From Verrucomicrobiia bacterium (GTDB lineage Bacteria; Verrucomicrobiota; Verrucomicrobiia; Chthoniobacterales; UBA6821), in the NCBI GenBank assembly GCA_040380225.1, contig JBEIJN010000003.1, positions 26,306 through 90,305 on the forward strand: a stretch of 64,000 nucleotides of DNA. Reading direction: 5' to 3'. This document shows positions 26,038-33,992 of the stretch, one piece after another. Numbering within the stretch: position 1 is the first letter of the stretch; each line of letters starts with the position of its first letter. The position numbers were made by a program, and so were the translations under genes. The notes under the pieces are model-generated. The model saw only the letters and a program-made list of their open reading frames with translations, was not told the origin of the DNA and did no database searches.

Positions 26038-26064
26038 GCAGAAATGAAGAAGGTAAAATGAAAA

Positions 26065-26715
26065 ATGAAGAAGGGGTCTAAGGAAGCGAATCCTGAAAGA
26101 CCCGCGCGAATCCCGGGGCATGTGGAGCGGGTGGGGCTCTTTGGAGGCACCTTTGATCCCGTTCATCTCGGCCATCTGATTCTGGCCGAGGCGGCTCTTG
26201 AGGAACTCGATCTCGACCGGATCATCTTCATTCCGGCCGGGGTCTCCCCGTTCAAGCAGGATCACCCGCCCGGAGCCACTCCGGAAGCCCGTCTAGCGAT
26301 GCTTCGCTCCGCCACGGCGGATGAACCGCGCTTCTCCGTGGATGACCGCGAACTCCGCCGGAACGGCCCCTCCTACACGATCGAGACTGTCCGCTCCCTG
26401 CTCGGCGATCATCCCGGAGTCCGATTTATCTTCCTGATCGGGGCCGACAATCTCACCGATCTCCCCAAGTGGCATGAGATCGGGGAATTGATGAATCTTG
26501 TCGATTTCGCAGTTCTCAACCGGGGCGAGGGGAGTGATGCCGTGACTGATTGCGGCTTCCCCGTCGTGCACCGTCGGATCGATCTCTCCTCGACAGAGAT
26601 CAGGGATCGCGCCGCGCGGGGGCTTTCCATTCGCTTTATGGTTCCCGAGCAGGTATATGACCTGATCATGACCCAGGCTCCCTACCGCCCCGTTTCCTCA
26701 CATGGCCACCTCTAA
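26065..26715 (+). CDS. nadD: Nicotinate-nucleotide adenylyltransferase
   Basis: GLFGGTFDPVHLGHL (HxGH motif) and a C-terminal ISSTEIR motif. The true start may lie downstream of 26065. Confidence 0.85.
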   Translation: MKKGSKEANPERPARIPGHVERVGLFGGTFDPVHLGHLILAEAALEELDLDRIIFIPAGVSPFKQDHPPGATPEARLAMLRSATADEPRFSVDDRELRRNGPSYTIETVRSLLGDHPGVRFIFLIGADNLTDLPKWHEIGELMNLVDFAVLNRGEGSDAVTDCGFPVVHRRIDLSSTEIRDRAARGLSIRFMVPEQVYDLIMTQAPYRPVSSHGHL

Positions 26716-27139
26716 GTCCGCATCCAAAGCAGCCTTCAAAGCCACCTCTGCTAAGGCCAAGCCCGTCAAGAAGGCGCCGGCCGTCGCGATCGATCCCGAG
26801 GAGTCATTGGCCCGTCTCTGCGCGGAGGGGGCTCTGGACAAGAAAGCAGAAGATGTCGTGATCCTCGACATGCGCGGGATCTCAAGCTTCACCGATTTCT
26901 TCGTGATCGCCTCGGGAACCTCCGAACCCCAGCTCAAGGCGATCGCCGGATCGATCCGCGAGAAGGTCCGCGAGGCCACCGGCCAGCGTCCGACCGCTGA
27001 GGATGGATTCCCCGCAAGCCAGTGGGTGATCATTGATTACGGGAGCGTGATCGTGCACATCTTCCACACCGAGAAGCGGGGTCTCTACGGACTCGAGGAT
27101 CTCTGGAACGATGCAAAACGCATCGAAGTCGAGGAATAG
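26702..27139 (+). CDS. rsfS: Ribosome silencing factor RsfS (Iojap family)
   Basis: EDVVILDMRGISSFTDFFVIASGTSEPQLKAI...WVIIDYGSVIVHIFHTEKRGLYGLEDLW. It follows nadD, as in many bacteria. Confidence 0.85.
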   Translation: MATSKSASKAAFKATSAKAKPVKKAPAVAIDPEESLARLCAEGALDKKAEDVVILDMRGISSFTDFFVIASGTSEPQLKAIAGSIREKVREATGQRPTAEDGFPASQWVIIDYGSVIVHIFHTEKRGLYGLEDLWNDAKRIEVEE

Positions 27140-27240
27140 GGTTCAGGTTTGCTTACCCGACCGGTACTACGTATCCGTTACGGCATCCTTCCGAAGTCTG
27201 GTCTCCGACCACCGATCTCCGACTCCGTGCTTTCCCGACC

Positions 27241-27429
27241 ATGGACTGGCTTGAGGAGATCCTGATCCAGTGTCCGCAGTGCGGGGAGGATTACGCCATC
27301 CAGGTGGAGACGGCCGTGGAAGGGGTGGTTGAGATGATCGAGGACTGCGCTGTCTGCTGCCGTCCGGCCACGGTCAGGATCACCACCGAGGGCGGTGAGA
27401 TCACGGCCGTCGATGTCGAGGCGGCTTAA
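27241..27429 (+). CDS. CPXCG motif-containing cysteine-rich protein
   Basis: 62 aa with CPQCG...CAVCC, a four-Cys zinc-ribbon-like pattern. Confidence 0.6.
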   Translation: MDWLEEILIQCPQCGEDYAIQVETAVEGVVEMIEDCAVCCRPATVRITTEGGEITAVDVEAA

Positions 27430-27781
27430 GGATTCTTGGCGCCTCGCTGTATGCGGTGGGTTGATTGAAAGATGATATTTTCACGCAACGGGCGCAAAGC
27501 AAGGTCGCCAAGGGAGGATCAAAGAGAAGCGCCCGATGAAATTGAGGGGGTAAGAACGGTGTTTGAAATTCTTGCAACTACCCTGCCAGTAAAAACACAG
27601 CAACGAGGAACCCCTCTTTGCGATCGTTGCGTCCCTTGCGTGAAACTCATTCCGTATCTCCTCCGGAACATTTCCCCACTCCCAATAGTCAAGTGCAGGA
27701 ATTTTATCAGGAACTCAGATGCAACGGATCCCTGTGAATTAAAGCTTCAGGTTTCAGGCCTCTGGTTTCATCCTTCTCTTC

Positions 27782-28606
27782 ATGTCCTCGCAGTGTGATG
27801 CCCTTGCCCGGCTTTTCCGGGATGATGATCCCGAGACGGTGGGGCTCGTGAAGGAGCAGTTGGTGATCAAGGGGGAGAGCGTCGTGCCGGATCTCAGGGA
27901 TCTGGTGAATGCCGATTCGGCCATTGTGGCCGCCCATGCCCAGGAGGTCCTTCATGCGATCGCCGGCAAGAAGGCCGCCGCTGAACTGGAGACGCTGCTC
28001 AGGAAGAGGGACGGGGAGATACCGCTCGAGCAGGCGTGCTGGCTTCTCTCCTCGGCACTCTTGCCGTGGATCGATACAGAGGAGTCGCGTCATCAACTCG
28101 ACCTCTGGGGCGAGGAGGTTGGCCGTCGGCTTGGATCAGGAGTGAAGGATCCGGTTCCTCTCCTGACCGGTTATCTCCACGGAGAGCTAGGATTCGACGG
28201 CAATCGTGACGACTACTACAACCATGAGAATTCGCTCCTGCCCATGGTGATGGAGAATCGCCGCGGACTCCCGTTGACCCTGAGTCTTCTCTATCTCTTT
28301 GTCGCCGCGCGCGCCGGGATCGAGGTGCACGGGGTCAATCTCCCCGGCCACTTCATCGCGCGCTGTGGGGAGACCTACTTCGACCCGTTTCATTCGGGTC
28401 GTGTCCTCTCCCTGGCCGATTGTGCCGACATCCTTGCCCGGCAGCAGATCGAGTTGACCGACGAGCATCTCGAGAATCCCGGCTCACGGGAGGTGATCGC
28501 CAGGATGCTGGCCAATCTGAGCCATGCCTACAGCGTCGAGGAGGCCCGATGGCAGAGGGGAATGACCGACCGTTGGCTCGGCATCGTGACCGGGGCCGAA
28601 TCATGA
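27782..28606 (+). CDS. SirB1/YchA-like transglutaminase-domain protein
   Basis: PLTLSLLYLFVAARAGIEVHGVNLPGHFIARCGETYFDPFHSG matches the SirB1 N-terminal/transglutaminase-like core pattern. Confidence 0.65.
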   Translation: MSSQCDALARLFRDDDPETVGLVKEQLVIKGESVVPDLRDLVNADSAIVAAHAQEVLHAIAGKKAAAELETLLRKRDGEIPLEQACWLLSSALLPWIDTEESRHQLDLWGEEVGRRLGSGVKDPVPLLTGYLHGELGFDGNRDDYYNHENSLLPMVMENRRGLPLTLSLLYLFVAARAGIEVHGVNLPGHFIARCGETYFDPFHSGRVLSLADCADILARQQIELTDEHLENPGSREVIARMLANLSHAYSVEEARWQRGMTDRWLGIVTGAES

Positions 28607-29847
28607 GTACTCTACGCGTCGAACTCCTGAACACGGGAAGCGAGCTACTGCTCGGCAACGTTCAGGATGCCCATCTCTCCTGGTTCGGAAAGGAACTCTT
28701 CCCGCTGGGGCTGAGAATCGGGAGGCAGGGGACCGTGCCCGACGGTTCACCCATCCGCGATGCCCTTCTGGAGGCATTTCCCCGTACCGATATCCTGATC
28801 GTGACGGGAGGTCTCGGACCCACGACCGACGACATCACCCGTGAGACCGTCGCGCAGATCCTGAGCCGCCGCATGGTGCATCACCCGGAGACGATGGAGC
28901 GGATCAAGGAACGCCTCAGTCGGCGTGGCATTCCTCTTCAGGATCGCATGGACCGTCAGGCCATGGCGCCTGAGGGGGCGATCGTGATCCCCAATGAGAA
29001 CGGAACGGCACCGGGTCTCCACATTCCGGCGACCGAGGGCATCTCATGGGCCACGCCTCATATTTTTCTCCTGCCCGGTCCTCCCCGAGAACTCCAGCCG
29101 ATGGCGCGTGCCTATCTCCTGCCTTTTCTCAAGGATCTGGCTGCGGGCGGCGATCAGCACGAGTGCCGGATCTACAAGGTCGTCGGCATGGGGGAATCGA
29201 TGCTGGAGGCAAAGATCGGCATGGAACTCACCAAGCGGGGTGATCTCGAGGTCGGCTACTGCGCCAGACCCAATGAGGTCGATTTCCGACTGATCGGTCC
29301 CAAGGAGATTCTCGATGAGGTGGAGCCATCCGTTCTGGCCGCAGTCGGTGACCACTTGGTCTCGGATGAGAATGAATCGATGGAGGAGATCGTGGTCCAT
29401 CTTCTCGGACAGAAAGGGGCCACGCTCGCGACTGCCGAGTCGTGCACCGGAGGATTGCTCGCCAACCGTCTGACCAATGTGCCTGGAGCCTCGGCCGTCT
29501 TCCTTGAAGGATTTGTCACCTACATCAACCGCTCCAAGACGGATCTGCTGGGCGTGCCCCCTGATCTCATTGCTACCCATGGAGCCGTGAGCGAGGAGGT
29601 GGTCCGTGCCATGGCCGAGGGAGCGCTCCGTAAAAGCGGGGCCACCTTTGCACTGGCGACCACCGGGATTGCAGGCCCGGGTGGGGGAACTCCCGAAAAA
29701 CCCGTCGGCACCGTCTGGTTGGCGCTTGCACGAGATGGGGGCGGGACGGAGGTTTGGAAGGAAACTAAGCCCGCGGACCGTCTTACCTTTAAGCAGGTGG
29801 TGACGCAATCGGCCCTCGACCGTCTCCGCAAATTTCTGAAATCCTGA
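28603..29847 (+). CDS. cinA: CinA-family competence/damage-inducible protein (MoCF-binding domain plus PncC nicotinamide-nucleotide amidase domain)
   Basis: Start at MSTLRVELLNTGSELLLG (ATGA overlap with the upstream stop). Contains VTGGLGPTTDDITRE and a C-terminal TAESCTGGLLA...TGIAGPGGG. Confidence 0.85.
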   Translation: MSTLRVELLNTGSELLLGNVQDAHLSWFGKELFPLGLRIGRQGTVPDGSPIRDALLEAFPRTDILIVTGGLGPTTDDITRETVAQILSRRMVHHPETMERIKERLSRRGIPLQDRMDRQAMAPEGAIVIPNENGTAPGLHIPATEGISWATPHIFLLPGPPRELQPMARAYLLPFLKDLAAGGDQHECRIYKVVGMGESMLEAKIGMELTKRGDLEVGYCARPNEVDFRLIGPKEILDEVEPSVLAAVGDHLVSDENESMEEIVVHLLGQKGATLATAESCTGGLLANRLTNVPGASAVFLEGFVTYINRSKTDLLGVPPDLIATHGAVSEEVVRAMAEGALRKSGATFALATTGIAGPGGGTPEKPVGTVWLALARDGGGTEVWKETKPADRLTFKQVVTQSALDRLRKFLKS

Positions 29848-29855
29848 TTTTTCGT

Positions 29856-32540
29856 ATGAGTCGCCCCAATACATCGGAACCCACCGCCGAAGCAATCCGT
29901 CTCGGCGAGGATGCGAGGCGCGAACGGTTCTGGAAGCTCTGGGGCACCTATCTCTCGGAGCGTCAGTGGGGTACCGTGCGCGAGGATTATTCTGCGGATG
30001 GCGATGTCTGGAAGTCCTTCACCTTTGATCAGTCTCGCAGCCGTGTCTACCGGTGGGGTGAGGATGGTCTGATGGGATTGAGCGACCGGTTCGGCAGGCT
30101 CTGCTTCGGTCTCGCCCTCTGGAATGGAAAGGACCCGATCCTCAAGGAGCGCCTCTTCGGTCTCACCGGTCCGCAGGGCAACCACGGCGAGGACGTCAAG
30201 GAGCTCTACTACTATCTCGATGCCACGCCGACCCATTCCTACTGCAAAGGCCTCTACAAGTACCCGCAGGCCGAGTTTCCCTATGCCAAGCTTGTCTCGG
30301 AGAATGCCGGACGCAGCCGCGATCTTCCCGAGTACGAACTGCTCGACACTGGAGTTTTTGACGAAAACCGATACTTCGACGTTCAGGTGGAGTATGCGAA
30401 GGAGTCGATCAAGGACATCCTGATCCGGATCACCGTCACTAACCGAGGCCCCGAGGAGGCGCCGCTAGTCCTGCTTCCGACGCTCTGGTACCGGAACACC
30501 TGGGCCTGGGGAAAGATCAGCGAGGAGTGCCTGGAGGAGCCGGAGATCTCAATCGCCTCCCCGGGAGTGCTCTCGGCCAGCCATGCGGCGATGGGTGAGT
30601 ATCAGTTCGCATGCGGAGACGCACCGGATGGGAAGGCTCCGGAGTTTCTCTTCACTCACAACGAGACCAACTGCGAGCGGCTCTACGGATCTCCCTCGAG
30701 GAAGAAGCACACCAAGGATGCCTTCCATGACGCGGTGATCCACGGCAAGTCCGATGCGGTGAATCCTGCCATGACCGGAACCAAGGTCGCCGCCCGCTAC
30801 GATCTCTCGATCCCTGCGGGAAAAAGCGTGGAAATCCGCCTGCGCCTCGCCGCAAAGGGAGAATGGCGCGATCCCTCGGTCGATCCGCTTGGCGAGAACC
30901 ATGCAGAAGTCTTTGCAATGCGACTCGACGAGGCCGAAGAGTTCCACGCGGCTACCATTAATCCCGTCCTCAACCCGCAGCAGCAGCTTGTGGCCCGGCA
31001 GGCCTACGCGGGGCTGCTCTGGAGCAAGCAGTTCTACAACCTCGTCCAGAGCGAGTGGTCTCGTGGTGACGCCACCGAACCCCCGCCGCCCGCGGGTCAT
31101 GCCGCGCGCAACGCCGACTGGATGCATCTCTTCAACCGGGACATCCTCTCGATGCCCGACACCTGGGAGTATCCCTACTACTGCTCTTGGGATCTCGCTT
31201 TCCACACCGCGGCCCTCTCCCGAGTCGATCCGGAGTTCTGCAAGGACCAGCTGATCCTGCTCCTGCGCGAATGGTACACCCACACCAACGGGCAGATGCC
31301 CGCCTACGAGTGGAACTTCTCCGACGTGAATCCTCCGGTACACGCCTGGGCCGCACTGCGACTCTACCGCCAGCAGAGGGAGTTGGGGAAGGATGACCCG
31401 GCCTTCCTGGAGCGGGTCTTCCAGAAGCTCCTGCTGAATTTCAACTGGTGGGTGAACCGCAAGGACAGCGACGGAAATAACCTCTTCGAGGGGGGCTTCC
31501 TCGGATTCGACAACATCTCCGTCTTCGACCGCTCCAAGCCCCTTCCCACGGGCGGTCGTCTCAAGCAGGCCGACGGCTCCTCCTGGATGGCCTTCTACTG
31601 CATGACCATGCTGCAGATCGCGCTCACCCTCTCGGAGAAAAATCCCGTCTATGAGGACATGGGGACGAAGTTCATTACCCACTTCACTCGAATCGTTACT
31701 GCCATGAACGATTTCTGTGGATCAGGCCTCTGGAATGAGGAGGACGGGTTCTACTACGACCTTCTGCAGCTTCCCGACGGGGGGCATGTACCGATCAAGG
31801 TCCGCTCCATCGAGGGATTCATGCCGCTCGTCGCGACGAGTTACGTGACCGGACTCCAGCGGCGGAAGAGCCCGGGCTTCGAGACCCGCCTCCTCTGGGC
31901 GCTCAAGAACCGACCCAAGATTGCCGGGCATCTTCTCGACGTGAACGGCGATATGATGGACATCGACAAGGATATCCTGCTGACGGTCACGCCGCGTGCC
32001 CGACTGGAGAGGATGCTGAGTTATCTCTTTGACGAGAGTGAGTTCCTCTCGCCTCACGGCATCCGCTCGGTCTCCAAGTACCACGAGAAGAACCCCTACA
32101 TCTACACGGTCAACGGAACCGCCTTCTCGGTCGACTACGAGCCGGGCGAGGGGAGGACCGGGATGTTCGGGGGGAATTCCAACTGGCGCGGCCCCGTCTG
32201 GCTCCCGATCAACTACATGATCATCCAGGCCCTCAAGACCTACGACCACTTCTACGGGGAGATCCTGAAGGTCGAGTTTCCGACGGGATCGGGCAACCGG
32301 GTCACGCTAGGCGAAGCCGCCCGTCTCCTCTCGCTCCGTGTCGCCTCCCTCTTTCTGCCTGATGAGACGGGGTCGCGTCCCCTCAATGGGGCGGAGACCC
32401 GCTACGCAGAGGATCCCCACTGGAAGGATCTCGTCCTCTTCTACGAATACTTCCACGGCGACACGGGACGCGGATGCGGCGCGAGTCACCAGACGGGTTG
32501 GACCGGCCTGGTCGCGGAACTGCTGGCCAAGGAGATCTGA
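29856..32540 (+). CDS. MGH1-like / GH63-related (alpha/alpha)6-barrel glucosidase
   Basis: 894 aa. The N-terminus (WKLWGTYLSERQWGTVREDYS...YRWGEDGL) and the later WEYPYYCSWDLAFH and NWRGPVWLPINY motifs are typical of the bacterial GH63-like glucosidase family. Confidence 0.7.
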   Translation: MSRPNTSEPTAEAIRLGEDARRERFWKLWGTYLSERQWGTVREDYSADGDVWKSFTFDQSRSRVYRWGEDGLMGLSDRFGRLCFGLALWNGKDPILKERLFGLTGPQGNHGEDVKELYYYLDATPTHSYCKGLYKYPQAEFPYAKLVSENAGRSRDLPEYELLDTGVFDENRYFDVQVEYAKESIKDILIRITVTNRGPEEAPLVLLPTLWYRNTWAWGKISEECLEEPEISIASPGVLSASHAAMGEYQFACGDAPDGKAPEFLFTHNETNCERLYGSPSRKKHTKDAFHDAVIHGKSDAVNPAMTGTKVAARYDLSIPAGKSVEIRLRLAAKGEWRDPSVDPLGENHAEVFAMRLDEAEEFHAATINPVLNPQQQLVARQAYAGLLWSKQFYNLVQSEWSRGDATEPPPPAGHAARNADWMHLFNRDILSMPDTWEYPYYCSWDLAFHTAALSRVDPEFCKDQLILLLREWYTHTNGQMPAYEWNFSDVNPPVHAWAALRLYRQQRELGKDDPAFLERVFQKLLLNFNWWVNRKDSDGNNLFEGGFLGFDNISVFDRSKPLPTGGRLKQADGSSWMAFYCMTMLQIALTLSEKNPVYEDMGTKFITHFTRIVTAMNDFCGSGLWNEEDGFYYDLLQLPDGGHVPIKVRSIEGFMPLVATSYVTGLQRRKSPGFETRLLWALKNRPKIAGHLLDVNGDMMDIDKDILLTVTPRARLERMLSYLFDESEFLSPHGIRSVSKYHEKNPYIYTVNGTAFSVDYEPGEGRTGMFGGNSNWRGPVWLPINYMIIQALKTYDHFYGEILKVEFPTGSGNRVTLGEAARLLSLRVASLFLPDETGSRPLNGAETRYAEDPHWKDLVLFYEYFHGDTGRGCGASHQTGWTGLVAELLAKEI

Positions 32541-32730
32541 GGGTTGTTGGGTAAAAGAAGGAAATCGGTGATAGGGAATGGGTAATAGGGAGGAGCAGGA
32601 GAAAAAGCTGAAAAGCTGAGGAAGAAGTCGGAGAAAAATGAAAAAGGAACCGTTGTCTGTTGCAGGTTCTTGGGTTCTTTGTTTTCCGACAACCAACAAC
32701 TAGGAACTCGATGCAACTCCCAGGAGCCTG

Positions 32731-33945
32731 TTACTTCAGGTATTCCAAGGCACCTTGGGCCGCACGGGTCCCGGTGGCAAAACACCCCTGAAGGAGATAG
32801 CCGCCTGTCGGAGCCTCCCAATCGAGCATCTCTCCGGCCAGAAAGAGGCCGGGAAGTCGCTTTACCATCAGGTTTTCATCCAACTCCTCAAAGGAGACCC
32901 CACCTGCTGAGGAGATGGCCTCTTCGATCGGTCCGGGGCCGGTGAGGGGGACCGACAGGTTCTTGGCCAGCGTTGCCAAGGTGAGGGGATCCTGAGTTGC
33001 GAGTTCGGATTCCTTGGCGCCAAGCAGGGCGGAGGCCGAGGTGCTCAGTCGCCAAGACTTGGAGGCCAATGCGATAAAGTCATTCTGAAAGTGAGTTATC
33101 TTTGAAACCAGTTCCTGCGTATTAAAAGATGGCTTCAGGTCAATTTTAAGAGCCGGATTCTTCATGCTTCGGAGGGTATTTCCAAGTTGATAGAGGGCCC
33201 CTCCTTCAAGGCCATACTTGGTGATGAGGAGTTCTCCTTGGATTGTCTGCTCTCCTGCCGTTACAGCGATATTTTTAATAGGAAGGCCCTCGATCTTGGA
33301 TAAGATGTCCTTATTACTGAAGTAGTCACACCAATTTACTTTCCATCCGCAATTCGCAGGAAGGAATGGAGCGATCTTGATCCCCAGGGATTGCAATCCG
33401 GAAGTCCAGGAAGCATCCGAGCCAGTTTGGGGCCAGGATGCTCCACCCAGAGCGAGGATCACCATCCGTGAAGATTCCTGAATCTCTCCCTCGGGAGTTT
33501 GGAATAAAACATTGAAATGGTCATCTTGAGGTCTGATCTCCATCAGGCGATGGCGTGTCTTGATCGTAACTCCGAGTGTTTTGAGATGCCTTACCCAACT
33601 TCTTAAGAGTGGGGCAGCCTTGAACTCTTTGGGAAAAACCCTCCCACTTGTCCCGATAAAGGTTTCAATCCCAAGTGAGGAGGACCAAGCTCTTAGATCG
33701 TCGTTACTGAAGTCACCAAGGAGTGATGTCCAGTATCCCTCTTTAAAAGACCCTTGATAGCGTGTTGAAAAGCGCTCTTTGGGATCTGAATGGGTCAGAT
33801 TGAGGCCGCCGTGACCGGCGACCAGGAACTTGCGCCCCACCGATGGCATTCCTTCGTAGAGGGTTACCTTTGCACCCCCTTTGGCCGCCACTTCTGCAGC
33901 CCGAAGTCCCGCTGGACCACCGCCAATAATCGTGAGGTTCAGCAA
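32731..33945 (-). CDS. TIGR03862/HI0933-like flavoprotein (second paralog in the window)
   Basis: MLNLTIIGGGPAGLRAAE, VAGHGGLNLTH, and a C-terminal GEMLDWEAPTGGYLLQGCFATG. It is visibly more AT-rich than its neighbours. Confidence 0.75.
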   Translation of the reverse strand: MLNLTIIGGGPAGLRAAEVAAKGGAKVTLYEGMPSVGRKFLVAGHGGLNLTHSDPKERFSTRYQGSFKEGYWTSLLGDFSNDDLRAWSSSLGIETFIGTSGRVFPKEFKAAPLLRSWVRHLKTLGVTIKTRHRLMEIRPQDDHFNVLFQTPEGEIQESSRMVILALGGASWPQTGSDASWTSGLQSLGIKIAPFLPANCGWKVNWCDYFSNKDILSKIEGLPIKNIAVTAGEQTIQGELLITKYGLEGGALYQLGNTLRSMKNPALKIDLKPSFNTQELVSKITHFQNDFIALASKSWRLSTSASALLGAKESELATQDPLTLATLAKNLSVPLTGPGPIEEAISSAGGVSFEELDENLMVKRLPGLFLAGEMLDWEAPTGGYLLQGCFATGTRAAQGALEYLK

Positions 33946-33992
33946 CGGGATGAGGTTATTATTAAATAATGATTAAACCGTAATAAATACGT

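Noticed and set aside
27472-27798. 108-aa ORF in the spacer between the CPXCG gene and the SirB1-like gene.
   Set aside because: It spans the inverted-arm repeat element and overlaps the next gene's start. It has no RBS or motif support and is probably non-coding.
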